From assembly GCA_943704425.1 (NCBI GenBank), contig CALSCP010001494.1, forward strand, positions 21,512 through 85,511: a stretch of DNA of 64,000 nucleotides, given 5' to 3'. Shown here one piece after another: positions 50,089-62,896 of the stretch (positions are counted from its first letter, which is position 1; each line of letters begins with the position of its first letter). The notes beneath the pieces were generated by a model, which did not search any database, was not told where the DNA came from, and worked only from the letters and a program-made list of their open reading frames with translations. The DNA comes from Ministeria vibrans ATCC 50519. Lineage: Eukaryota; Protista; Filasterea. Both the position numbers and the translations under genes were made by a program.

Positions 50089-50979
50089 TTCCATACACAA
50101 CCCTTACTTCTCTCGCTCTTCTCAGCATACGACGACCCCCACCGATACTACATGGACCAGATGCAGCTGCTCTCCGACTACCCTCTCATGCCCCTCCACT
50201 CGTCTGTCTGGCTCAAATCCAACCGCACTGTCTGCTTTGATTCCATCATTCTCGGTTCGTCTGCTACTGACACGGACACACAGATTAACCTCTCTCTCTC
50301 TCTATCTCTATAGGGCGTCCGCATGCCTCTCGTTTGGCAAGTGCGCGCGAGACCCTCTCCGCAGGGTTCATCCCGACCTTTGCGCGCTTCGTGCAACACC
50401 GTTTGGGCGTTCCACGCCCGCGCACTCCGCCCACTGTGATGCGCGTGGGCCTCATTAAGCGCACTAACCGACGTCGCATCACTAATGAGCCCGAGCTGGT
50501 TGCTGCTTGTGCGCGCGACAACATTGCTCTCGACTTGGTCACCTTCAACGGACGCTTCCGTGATCAGGTCGCCCTGACCGGGACCTACTCGGTCCTCATT
50601 GGCGTCAATGGCGCCGGGCTCATGAACTGTATTTATGCCGCACCAGGCGCTGTCTGCGTCCAGATTGGGCCCTACGGTGCAAAGGTACAGTGTCGCAAAA
50701 CTCCATTGGCGTCTGTCAGTGCACCTGTGAACGCTTCGTCTTGTCTCTTGCGCACTTCTACAGAACCTCAACTTTACGCACTTTGGACAGCATTTGAGTG
50801 CGCGAGGACCGTATATTATGTGGCACCAGACGCACCGCGAGAACTCATCCAACAACATGAACCACACGCGATACGACCAGAGTGACTCGCGCATTGATCC
50901 CGACGAGTTCCGTGTACTCGTCAAGAGTGCCATTGACAAGGTCGGTCAACGCACCGATCTCTTTGCACGATTGACTTGA
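48676..50979 (+). CDS. GT61-family glycosyltransferase (EOGT/POMGNT2-like), type II membrane
   Basis: N-terminal TM; GNSWHLHVDTMMPLF, RTNRRRITNEPEL and VLIGVNGAGLMNCIYAAPGAVCVQIGPYG; many introns. Confidence 0.78.
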
Positions 50980-51058
50980 TTTTTGAGATTGAGAGAAATA
51001 TATAGACGGGGAGTAAAGCGTAAAATATAATTATGAGCCTGTACAATTGTGTTAGCCA

Positions 51059-51627
51059 TTAAAAGCGCGCGTGTTGGATGGCCGCCTGAGCAATCTCCTC
51101 CATGACTCCGCGGTCGAGCATGTCTGCCGGGGAATAGCGCGCACTGGCGTCATACGTCTCAACGACGCTCGAGTCAGTGATAGGCACGCAGCAGTGCGCA
51201 AGGGCACGCACCGCATTGCTCACACGCGCGAGTGCCGTGCGCGTCTCGAGCGACACTGGCGGCAGTGCTTCGTCGCCGTCGCTCTGTTCCGTAGGCACGG
51301 GACTCACAAAGACATAGCCGTTGACACCGAGAACCACAGTGATGCCGCACGGCAATGTGTGAATATGGTTCTTGCACCGCTTCACCAGTCCCACAGGCAC
51401 CTCCACGAGAACTCCCTCGCGCACCTTGCCAAACTTGGCCGAACGCGTGTGTAGTGACAGCGCCCCATCGGCAAACACACTCTGTACTTCGGCACAGACA
51501 ATGTCACCTTCCGTAAAGTATTCGCGCATCATCAACTCGTCCTCGGCCGAGCGACGTCTCTGAACACAACAAAAAGAGAAGAGGAGAAGACACACACAAA
51601 GAGATAGAGAAACAAGAGAGAGAGAGA

Positions 51628-51704
<77 letters not shown>

Positions 51705-52300
51705 CGACACAAAGTAGACAAGAGAGAGAGAAAACGACACAAAGTAGACAAGAGAGAGAGAAACAAAGCGATAGAAAGGAGGTGTCAAGGAAGGAGAGGG
51801 ACGCGTGATGCAGCGGCGTACTAGTACACCGCCAGGAAGGTTCACTGACGAGAGGAGCAGGGCGGCATCGAGGCGTGCGCGCGCGTCCACCTTCCATCGC
51901 TTCTGTGCCACCTACATCGCCACCGTACAGTTGAATCGAGAGCCGTCCGCCTGCAACCGCCCTACCTCTGTAATACGACCCACCACGACATCCCCAATTT
52001 CGCCCTGGTAGCGTCCGGGACGCAGAGGACGTACGAAAATCAATCGATTTATTCTCTCCACCTGAATTGAAGATAAAAAAAAAAAGAAAAAAGGTTCAAG
52101 TTCGGTGGGTGCGACGCGTGCGGCAGCGTACCACGCCAGCGACTGCGGCATGAAGGTTGCCCTCCAGCAGATACGTGCCGTGCCCTCTAAAAAGCCCACA
52201 GATCAACGATGGGTGCTTTGCGTGTCTCGCCCCACCTCATGTAGCCCGTCTCCGCAGAAATAACATCGCCAGGGGTGACTATCTGATACGACGTTGACAT
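51059..52300 (-). CDS. EXOSC2: Exosome component RRP4
   Basis: IVTPGDVI..YMRGHGT, RYQGEIGDVVVGRI, LLSSVNLPGG, MREYFTEGD, LHTRSAKFGK and LGVNGYVF. Confidence 0.93.
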
Positions 52301-52569
52301 CACGACAGGCAAGCCAATACTAAAAAAAATAAGTTATGTATTTGTTAAGAAATAAGAGCTCCTTCCTTTATCCTTAATCATGCCCTGATCGGTGCGAGTC
52401 ACTGGAACTGTACTGGGACTCAACCACTTTTGATCTGGCATGCCAGTCTGTCGTTGTCTCACTGATCTCCCTGCTTCCATTTTACCTCTTGAGCTGTGGT
52501 TTAGTTTGCAAGACGGTTTTTAGTTCACTCACTTTCATTATTCATAGTTTCATTCACAATTTTTATTTC

Positions 52570-53370
52570 ATGTCTCTGTTACGGGCGCAGGAGCCCCGCT
52601 CTTGGGGATGGTCCATTGGGAAGTCGTCTGATGGGTCTCCGAAGCCAGCATCGGCGTTGCTGCCGATGAAGCGTCGAAACGAGGATGAACTTGAAGACAT
52701 TGCGCGACGAACACAGCAAAAGCTTCGACTGAGTCCACCGACGCACACGCTCAAGAGACAACGACACATAGACGACAGTGATGATGATGATGATGATGAT
52801 GATGACAACAACGACGACGACAGCGACCGCTACAGTGAGTTGGGCAGGGAGGATCGCGAGATGTTTCTCGACGATTCGCTGTCTCAGCGTGGCGCCCGTC
52901 GACGCGTCACCAAGCGGTTCGCCGGCGAACAAGCAGTCTTGTCGCGTGTGCACCGTTTGCATTTGGACGACGAAGACGCCGAGCAGGTGTCGGGGCCCGC
53001 GTTGGGACCGGCAGACGACGCACAGCCTGGTCGACGGACGCTGTACGACATCAATGAGGCGCCCAACGAGGGGGAGACGTCCCGAGACGCGTCGGCCGAG
53101 CCTCTTTTGGGGCCCTCGTTTAGGTTGAGCTCTTCGGCGGCAGCAGCGACCGCAATGGCAACGACAGCCGGGCCCTTTCCGTCGATGCCGTTGCCGTCGC
53201 TCTCCTTTGTGGCAGTGCCTCCCGAGGTCAACACCAGGCAAATTGTGCCTTATGTGCCGCCACCACCAGAGGTCCGTCTGATCCGCACCCTCACTGAGGT
53301 CACCGACCAGGACTCAATGTCTTTGCAGGGCGACGCAGATCATGGTGAGAGCATGATGGACCTTATGTGA
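52570..53370 (+). CDS. Hypothetical disordered protein with weak HPIP/CCDC117-like motifs
   Basis: Intronless GC-rich ORF flanked by AT-rich DNA; TKRFAGEQAVLSRVHRLHL and RQIVPYVPP. Confidence 0.6.
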   Translation: MSLLRAQEPRSWGWSIGKSSDGSPKPASALLPMKRRNEDELEDIARRTQQKLRLSPPTHTLKRQRHIDDSDDDDDDDDDNNDDDSDRYSELGREDREMFLDDSLSQRGARRRVTKRFAGEQAVLSRVHRLHLDDEDAEQVSGPALGPADDAQPGRRTLYDINEAPNEGETSRDASAEPLLGPSFRLSSSAAAATAMATTAGPFPSMPLPSLSFVAVPPEVNTRQIVPYVPPPPEVRLIRTLTEVTDQDSMSLQGDADHGESMMDLM

Positions 53371-53513
53371 GCTTGGGTCTATATGTGTATATTTTTTGTA
53401 TCATTACAATGCTAATTTTCAGACATACCAGTCGACAGTCGTACTGGAGTTCAATTTTTTCACAGACACTCAGACAGAATAATAATAGTATTATTATTAT
53501 TTAATAGTTATTG

Positions 53514-55269
53514 TTAGACAAACGTTTCAAAGCGAAACATCTCAGGCTCGGTTGGCGCAAGGGGTGCCATCTCGACGACCACGGAGGCACTATTTGACTT
53601 GGTGCTGCTGTCAGAATCACTCCTGGTCTCAAGCGGAGCCTCTGAGAACACATCCAAGGCAGAACTGACGACGATGGTAGGGGTTTCGGTGTCGTCCGCG
53701 AAAGCGACTGCCGAGATGGCTGTGTCCGTTTGCGTCTGATACTCAGTCTCAGGCTCCTCCATTAGGGGCATCTCCGTGACGCCGTACGGCGTTGGTGCTT
53801 GATGCTCGGCAGAAGACGATGGCGTCTCGAGTTGGGGGGTACGGAGAGCGTCGAGAAGGCGACGAAACGGGTTGCGGAAGAATAGCGGACTGACGGGGCG
53901 CTGATGAAGGGGAGGCATGGGGGAGTTGAAGTCGTCTGTGTCGGCCACCGACAACTTTTCGTTGCTGTTGCCTATGTCGTCCATGCTTGAGGTGGAAGAC
54001 GGCTGCTTGCGCGCGAGAAAGCGGCGTGCGCGACGACTAAGCGACGGGCTCTGCTGCTCGTTCGCCGCATCGATGTCACTTGTACTTGCAACCACAGTCG
54101 CGTCACGGCCAACAGCCACAAGTTGTCTCCGTGTTACAGGGCACGTCCGTGTCCCTGTTGCGGCAAAAATAGTATCTTCGGCAGCGTACGAGTCCACATG
54201 CGGCAGGCTCGGTGTAGATGCGGAAGATGCTCCCTTTTTCCGTCTGAGCCGGGAGCGCAGGCCCCGTCGCTCCGTCTGTGGTGTACTTGGCACAACGAAA
54301 CCTCTAGTTGCGGTGGTAGTGGTGGTAGTGGTTGTAGAAGACATGTCCGGCTGTGACGAGACCGCCGACTCATCTTCAACGTCGTTCGCAAGGGACGCCA
54401 CTATCGATGCAGGATTGTACGACTGGTCCGACAACGACTTCTTTGTGCTGCGCAGGGGTATGCGCGCCGGTGGCTTGCTCGGCGGTATCCGAGAGGCGCG
54501 AGCCATTGCATCCGCTAAGATCTTCTCTGCCTGTGCCTCCCATTCAGCCTGCCGTTTCTCCGCAATGAGATGATACACATTGGCAATCATGCCAAACGAG
54601 TCCTGTGCCAGCGCCGCCCGCGAGTCTTGCTCAGCAAAGCCCAACATGCACATCTCAGCGAGAATGCTTTCGTCTGGGTCTGCCGCGCAAAAGTTGATGA
54701 GACGTCGCGGCATTTTGTGCCCTGCTGGAGGGCCATAGTGCTCTAATTGCAGTGGGGTGAGTGTAAGTGTAAGTGTATGTCGTGTGTGTGTGTGTGTGTG
54801 TGCGACGAGGTACTCACTTATGGACACCCAAGGGTGCAGGCGAACGTCTTCCAGCGAATATCTATCTTCGGGTTTCTTCTGCAGCATAGCCGAAAGGAGA
54901 CCAAGGACGCCTATAATATTATAATAATATTAATTATTATTATTAGTATTGCTATACTTTTTATCTCTCCCACTCTGCGTACCGGATGATAGGGGCGTCG
55001 GGGCGGTGTGCAGTCGCGGAGGCTCGTGTACTATCTCTTGGTAGATTGAATCCAGATCGCGACCGCCAAAGGCACAGCGACTTGTCAGCGACGAAAAGAG
55101 AACACAGCCCAAACTCCAGATGTCGACCTGAGAAGGAAAGAAAAGACGCATTAAATTAATAATAATAATTATTATAATTAATTTATTATGTATTATGGTA
55201 AAAATGGAATAGAGAATAGAATAAGAATAATATAATTAAGTGAAAACTTACTCAAGGAGAAGAAACGTC

Positions 55270-55329
<60 letters not shown>

Positions 55330-56163
55330 TCTCCTCATTTAACACTGTAACATTTTTTTCTCGTTTACCTTTGGACCGTAGTTGCGACCAAGAATAATTT
55401 CGGGTGCAAGGTAGTGAGGAGAGCCACACAGAGTCGACATGGAGGCGTGTGAGGGGTCTCCAAACGAATTCGAATAGCCGAAATCGATGAGTTTTAACTT
55501 GGTCAAGCTCTGCAAGGACAAGGCCAAAATATTAGGAAGCCAGAAAAGGGGCAGGCAGAAGAAAGGGGAAGCAAAAAAAGAAAGGAGGGAAGCAAAAAGG
55601 GGCTACCTTGTTGACAAGGATGTTCTCGGGCTTGATGTCACGGTGGCAGACGTTGTGGCGGTGCAGGTAGGCGAGCGCGTCGACGAGCTGGCGAAAGAGC
55701 GGCCGAAACCTGTCTTCGCTCAGCGCCTTCTTGGAGACCACGTCGAAGAGCTCCTTGCCCTCAAAGTACTCCATGATCAGGTACGCCGTCTCGGGGAAGT
55801 CGCGGATCTCGTACAGTTCGATGATATTCGGATGGCTCAGAAGCGAAAGAAATGCCTGTGATTGTTTTTTTTTTTTTGGTTCGGTTAAAACTTCTGATTT
55901 GCGCAACCTATTAATACTCACCAGCTCACGGCGAATGCTCTCTTCAATAGTCTTTATGCTTCCCTCCCTCGGGATGACCTTGATGGCCACCTACGGACGC
56001 CATGGCGCGTCAGTTTCAACATTGAACAAGTTCACCAAAAGGGGTTTTTATCAACCTTCTTCTTGGACTGCCGGTGCTTCGCCAAGAAGACCATTCCCGA
56101 GACACCCGTGCCGAGCGTTGAGAGTAGTTCATGATCAGGTAAGTCGCTTTGATGCTCGTCCAT
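53514..56163 (-). CDS. AMPK-related (CAMK group) Ser/Thr kinase with a UBA-like domain
   Basis: LGTGVSG, AIKVI, HPNIIELYE, HRDIKPEN, DFGYS, TLCGSPHYLAPE and DIWSLG; UBA-like segment after the kinase domain. Confidence 0.88.
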
Positions 56164-56829
56164 TTTTGGAAGTTTGAATAAAAAAGTGAATTTCCAGTTT
56201 TCTATATTTTCATATTGCCCTTTTCCCCACGACGATCGACCACAAGAGAGCACGAAAGCAGCCTGCACAGGTGTATGACACATAGATTGTCGGGTGCCAG
56301 TCACTGAAATTCGGCAAACGAGGCTGTACGCGCGGGAGTTGAGCGACAGTGACGTCGACTCAAATTTATCGGAGATGAATTCTCTGTTATGGTCGGCGCG
56401 AGCGCATTGCTTGTAAATAGAAGAGCCGCTGTGTGTCGCAAGCGCTGAGCTCTTGATTTGGTCAGTTGGGGTGTGGCGTGGTCTCACTGGACTGTGTTGA
56501 CCCTGGCGCTCGCCCGAATGCACGACAGTCATAGATATTTCGAAAGGATTGCGTCGTGGGAAAATATCAGTTATCATGATCAGGGAATAGGAGAGCAACG
56601 CGTCACTCTGACGCTCGCGTCACTCGCGTGAGTCGTGTCCACCATAAACATCAAACGGTGCTACTCTGCTTGACAGTCACTTGAATCTCAGCGAGAGACT
56701 CGAACTGTTTGTGTTGACCTTTCNNNNNNNNNNNNNNNNNNNNNNNNNNNNNNNNNNNNNNNNNNNNNNNNNNNNNNNNNNNNNNNNNNNNNNNNTAATT
56801 TTTTTCGTGAAAAACACAATTCACTTCAA

Positions 56830-58690
56830 ATGTCCAACCACTCGCCTTTTGGCGATGCGTTGGACACCAACCCGACGAATGCGCACCGGGTGACGGCGTT
56901 TGACACGACGCGCACCGGCCCACCGCGCAAACCGCAACCGCACCCGTCGCGCGCCCCAAGCCTGCTGCGCCGATGGCGGGCCTCCGGACAGATGATTCTG
57001 CTTATTGTCATTGTTGCCCAGGTACGGTGGGGTTCTCTCGCCGCACGCCTCAACGATTGATGAGAGGTCCTTTTTTTTTTTCTCTCTCAGATTTTGGATC
57101 AGGGTTTGAGCACTGTCATTGTCCCAATTGCCCCGTCGATTGCCGCCGAGTACAACATGAGCAGCATTGCCACGGGTCTTCTCTTTGCGGCCAAGCCCAT
57201 GGGGAACATTGTGGTGCAGCCGTTTGTCGGTCCGATATGCGATCGGCTCGGGCGAAACGTCCCCATGGCCTTTGGCTTTGTCCTTCTCATTTCGTCGTCG
57301 CTGCTCTTTGGACTCGCTTCGTCGCTTCCCCTCTACTACATTGCACGCGTTGTGCAGGGGTTTGGGACAGCTTTTAGCGCCACGGCCGGCATGGCCCTGC
57401 TCGCCGACTGCTACATGGACGACCAGCAGCGTGGCGAGGCGATTTCGTTGGCTATGGCCGGCTCTGGAATTGGCGTGCTTGCGGGTCCGCCCTTTGGTGG
57501 CGTCACCTTCCAGTATGGAGGCCTCAAGCTTCCCTTTCTCATCATTGCCGGCATATGTCTTGTCGACGGTCTTCTTCTGGTGCTCTTTCTGGGCTCGCCC
57601 CAAGAGCGCGCTCAGAAGGCCCGTGAATTTGAGCGAGCGCGGCAGCTCAAGGAACGCGCCACAAAGAACCGTTCGCTGCCGGCCATTGACCAGGAAGTGG
57701 ACGGGCCAGACTACGACGACGATGATGATGATGACGAGACGAACGAGAACGAGACGTCGGCGAGTCAGCAGCAACAGAGCAGCGACAGCGACGCCTATAT
57801 GCACGCTCCATCCGCCGTCGTCGAGGGCGCGCCGAAACCCACCGGAATCACGACACTCCTGCGCGATCCCAATGTTCTGGCATGCGTGTGTGTTATTGGC
57901 GCTGCAGATTCTATGCCATCGGTGCTGGAGCCACTGCTGCCGGGCTACCTCACGAGTGTGTTTGCGGCGAGTCCGCTCGAGACGGGTCTCATCTTCGGCA
58001 CGGCGACCCTCGGCTATGCCCTGACCAACCCCATTGTGGGCAAGGTCGGCACCCGCTTTGGCCGGTACAGCCCCTCTTACCCTTCCACTCTTTTCACGCC
58101 ACCCTCAAACACTCTTGTCTTTTTCCATCTTCTGTATGCTCTCTCATCTCAGGTGGCGCTGTGCCGTGTTCGGCTGTGTTGTACTGTGCACCATGATGTG
58201 TCTGCTGCCCCTGCCTCCCAACCAGTATGCGCTCATCCCGCTTCTTGTTGTCTTCGGGGCAGGCATTGCGTGCGTTGACTCGAGCGTCTTTCCCATCCTC
58301 GGCGTTCTCGTCGACAACACGTACAAGGGTGCGTACGGCAGCGTCTATGCCCTCGGCAACCTCGGCATGGCTATGGGCTTTACTGCCGGTCCTCTCATCT
58401 CCACTGCCGTTCAGCAGGCCATTGGCTTTGCTTGGGCCCTTCGCATCAGCGGTATTGCTGTCCTTGCTGCCGCTCCTCTCCTCTTTTCCGTGCGCCAGGC
58501 CTCCCAGCTTGTCGACCAGGCTGATCTTGTCGACGACGACGACGACGACGCTGATCGCTCCTCCCTTCTTGATCCCCGTGGCGCCCTTCGCACGCCCCTC
58601 CTCTCCACCGCCAACTCCGCTCACTCCGTCGCCAGCGGTGGTCGTAATCGCAACTTTGAGCAAGCCTCCATGAAGAGTGGCATTGTGTAA
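56830..58690 (+). CDS. SLC18A (VMAT/VAChT)-like vesicular amine transporter (MFS)
   Basis: LDQGLSTVIVPI, GLLFAAK, ARVVQGFG, AGMALLADCYMDDQQRGEA, GVLAGPPFGG, LEPLLP, VDSSVFPILGVLVD and YGSVYA; 2 introns. Confidence 0.82.
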
Positions 58691-59059
58691 TGATGTAGAT
58701 GTGCAAATCTGTTGTAATAATATTATTATCCGTAAAAATTAATAAGNNNNNNNGCGGTGGTCGTAATCGCAACTTTGAGCAAGCCTCCATGAAGAGTGGC
58801 ATTGTGTAATGATGTAGATGTGCAAATCTGTTGTAATAATATTATTATCCGTAAAAATTAATAATTATAATAATTATAATATAATACGACGTTACTAAAA
58901 GGAGCACGTTCTACACCGCCATGTCTGCTAAGAATACTTCCGCCATAACCCATACTCCATATTTGGAATGATTAATAAACTTTTATAGTCATTATTAGTC
59001 AATTTTTTTACATAATTATTATTCGTAGTGGTGCGATCTCGTTTAGTAATTGATGTCTC

Positions 59060-60300
59060 ATGTCTAGCCTGGACGACGACGACGTCAACTGGGACGAGGT
59101 GGATCGCACGCGCTATGTCGTCTCGTCGACCGTCTTTGTCGTGTGCCTCGACGTCGTCCAGTACCCCCTCGAGCTCATCCGCACCCGCCTGCAGTATGAC
59201 TGTGCAAAGAACCCCACAGGCGTGCTCAAGGACACAAAGGTACCGCAATTCTGTCAAGCAGAAAAGACAGACAGAGAAAAAAAAAAAAAAAAAAAGGAGA
59301 GAGCGAAATGAATTCATGTTAATATGAGAAACGTGCGCAGGCAATCATGCGCTCAGAGGGCATTCGAGGCCTTTTCAAGGGCTTTGTGGCCGCGCGCGCG
59401 TTTACCTTGCCTGGCTCGCTTGCCTACTTTGGCGGCTACGAGCTCATCAAGGATCGCCTGAGCCGTGCGCTGGCGGGCGTCGACCCGTCGCTGCAGCCAG
59501 GCAACCGCCTCCATGACCTGCTGGCTGCTGGCACCGCCGGCATCCTCGCCGACTGCCTCTCGCTCATCTTTTACACCCCTGGCGACATCGTGTCGCAGCG
59601 CATTCAGGTCGACGACCTGCGAAAGCCCAAGGCCGCCTCGGCAACGCACCGTTCTCTCTCCTTCCTGGGCCATCCTGGCGATGTGCCGCAGTCTCCTCCC
59701 AAAACCACCACCACAAAACACATTCGAACCATCCTTCGTACCGAAGGTACCACGCCACGTCTCCCTTGACTGCGCCCTCTCACTCCCCCGCTTCTCCTTC
59801 CAGGTCTACTCGGTTTCTATCGTGGCTTTGGTGTTGCCCTGCTTACCTACGGTCCCTACTCCGGCCTGTGGTTCTCCTGCTACGAGCTGTGCAAGCACTC
59901 CCTCAACGCAAAACTCCTCCAACGGCAACATGGTCTCACTACTACTGCCGCCGCCGCCACCACTACCAACAACAATAACAACAACAACACCGCACCACAC
60001 AAGAAGGACCTTCACACTCTGGTGCACGTCGTAGCGGGCGCCACGGCAGGCCTGGTCGCCACAATCGCTACCAACCCCATGGACATTGTCCGCACTCGCT
60101 ATCAGCTACTATCAGCGCAGGAGGTGCGCTCGTACGCTGGCCACTGGAACACACTACGCAGCATTGTACGCCACGAAGGACTGCGCTCCCTCTGGAAGGG
60201 CTGTCTGCCAAGTCTGGTCATCAACGTCCCAGGCTCCGCTCTGACCTTTGCTGGCTACGAGCTTGCCAAACGCTTCAGTCTTAAAGATGATGCGCTGTAA
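59060..60300 (+). CDS. Mitochondrial carrier, SLC25A44-like
   Basis: WDEVDRTRY..YPLELIRTRLQ; three Px[D/E]xx[R/Q]R repeats (PLELIRTR, PGDIVSQR, PMDIVRTR); 2 introns. Confidence 0.85.
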
Positions 60301-60475
60301 CTTTGCCTTTTGTACATTGTAATGAATTAATGTTGAGTCGAATAAATTATAAGATTGTAATGTGATTCGCTCTCAAGTTCTCTCATCTCTTGTGTACAAT
60401 TCATATGTATAACACACTCGCTCGCTTGCCCTCTCTCTCTCAAACTATATGTGTATATGTGTTCGTTGCGTGTCT

Positions 60476-62859
60476 TCACATGTCCATTGCGGCGACAATG
60501 CGCTGACACAAGGACTTATAATTAGCGCTGTTTCCACCCATGCGCCTGAACTTGACGCCGCTGACACCACGCATATTAGGAACCAGCGCAATCTCCATCT
60601 CCCACATGTGGTCGATGCCTGCAATATTCTTGACGCAGCGAAGCGTGTACGGCTTCTCCATGATATCGTAGGGCACTTCGTAGTGGTCGCATGCGCTCTT
60701 CATCGACTCGAGCAACACAGCGCGATCCTTGCTCGACACGGTCACTCGGCTCATGGCAAAACGAGCTCCTTCCGCCTTGGGCTCTTGCGATGCCGCCACC
60801 GACTTGCGTCTGCTCGACCGGTTGCTAGTACCCTGCTGCGACACATCGTGGCGCACGGGGCCCAGCATCCGCTCGTCGAGCGAATAGCCGTGCGCCAGTG
60901 CCTCCTCGGCCACCACATCAGCGCTCGTTGGCTCCTGGTTCTTGCGCAGCGCCCTTTCGTCCAACGAGTGCACCACTGTTGTGCCGTCGTCAACCTCACG
61001 TATCCGTGACTTTGAGCCCTTAAAGGCAAGCTTCTTGCGCAACTTCTTGAACAATCCCTTGCGCTGCGCCGACGGAGACGACTCGGACTCGCTTGCCGAC
61101 GACTCGGCCGCACGCGAATGCTCCAACCCCGCAATCGCCGTGGCGGTCGCAGCTGCCGCACGCAGTACCGAACTGCCCGGTCGCTGCGCTTTGAGAGACA
61201 CAATAGCCGGCAGAGATGAGTTGGACGTGGCCATAATAGGGGCAGGTGTGGGCGACGACGGGGACGACTGAACCGACGCGGCGCTTGTGGACGTCGTCGA
61301 CATGGTCATCGTCGCCACCGAGGCATTGCTGGCAGCGACATTTGCCTGTTGTGGTTCGCCCCTAGGCGCATTCACAGTACGCGGCGTCGCGTTAGTATTA
61401 GACGTGGATGGCGATGAGGCGGCGAACGACGAGGATGGCGGCTCGGCAGCGGTCGCAGAGGTCGATGAGCATGACACTGATGCCATGCCTGCGTCCATGT
61501 TCCGCGTCGTGTTGTCGACCGACAGCACATNNNNNNNNNNNNNNNNNNNNNNNNNNNNNNNNNNNNNNNNNNNNNNNNNNNNNNNNNNNNNNNNNNNNNN
61601 NNNNNNNNNNNNNNNNNNNNNNNNNNNNNNNNNNNNNNNNNNNNNNNNNNNNNNNNNNNNNNNNNNNNNNNNNNNNNNNNNNNNNNNNNNNNNNNNNNNN
61701 NNNNNNNNNNNNNNNNNNNNNNNNNNNNNNNNNNNNNNNNNNNNNNNNNNNNNNNNNNNNNNNNNGACGGCGAACGACGAGGATGGCGGCTCGGCAGCGG
61801 TCGCAGAGGTCGATGAGCATGACACTGATGCCATGCCTGCGTCCATGTTCCGCGTCGTGTTGTCGACCGACAGCACATCGTGCTCGCTGCTTGGGTCGGA
61901 CAGTTTACGAGGCGATGTGGGCACCGAGGGAGGTGCCGACTCGAGCGTGAGGATTTCGGCAGCGAGACGCTCCTGACTGATGGAGTGGTGGAGAGCAAGG
62001 TGAAGGAGTGGCGAGAGGGGCGGTGAGTGCGGTGTATGGTCGGTCGACTTGGACGAGCGTTGTCGTCGCTTGCGGTCCTCCATACTGAGACGGGTTGAGT
62101 CGTGCGTGGTGTAGGGATGCGGAGCATGTGTGGTGCCCGCGCTGGGACGTCGTGGTCGACCAGGCGACGCCACAGTGGTGGGCACACTGCCAAGCCCCAG
62201 GGAAATATCGCTGCCTGAGGTGTTTGGCGATGAGTTGGAGCGTTTACGGACGAGCACAGTCTTGCCGCCACGTGTTCCCGCTGCCGGCGCGTCGTTCTCT
62301 TCGCGCGACGTGCTTTTGGAGGCGGGTGGTGTGAATACGGTTGTGGGATTTTCGTCGCTGTGTGCGGGCCCGGCCGAGCCACCTCGTTTTGGCACGAGCA
62401 CCTCCTCGGCGTTCTCTTCGTCGTCACTCTCACGACTGTCCACCCCCTCGCCCGTTTCGTCATCCTTGATCAAGAAGGTGGGCACCTCAATCTTCTGGAG
62501 AGTGCGTTGACGACGCGTTTCGGCGTCTTCGGGAATCATGGAGGAGGCATTACTGCGCATGGAGGCCACGGAGGAGAGACCGGTCATATTGGACTGGACA
62601 CTTGTGGGAGACGTGAGCAGAGTGGTGGACTGTGGTGTGGCTGAGTGCACATCGGACGAGCTGGAAGTGGTAACGTCGTCGACGAGCAGCCCCACGGGAA
62701 CGCCACCGGAGACACTCGAGCCGGGTACCGTCAGCAAGTTCATGTAGACTGGCTCGCCATTGTTGTTTACCGCCCCAGTGGCAACCGAGCTCACATTGGA
62801 CACACTGCGCGACGCGACCCTCGATGCACTGTTGCTGCTGCCAGTTTGCTGCTGCTGTT

Positions 62860-62896
<37 letters not shown>

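Noticed and set aside
58634-58866. Direct repeat of the SLC18 3' end
   Set aside because: The copies flank a 7-N gap, consistent with a contig overlap artefact.
61419-61877. Duplicated VLSVDNTTRNMD..PPSSSFA segment in the MARK-like kinase
   Set aside because: Identical copies lie on either side of an N gap, consistent with a scaffolding artefact.
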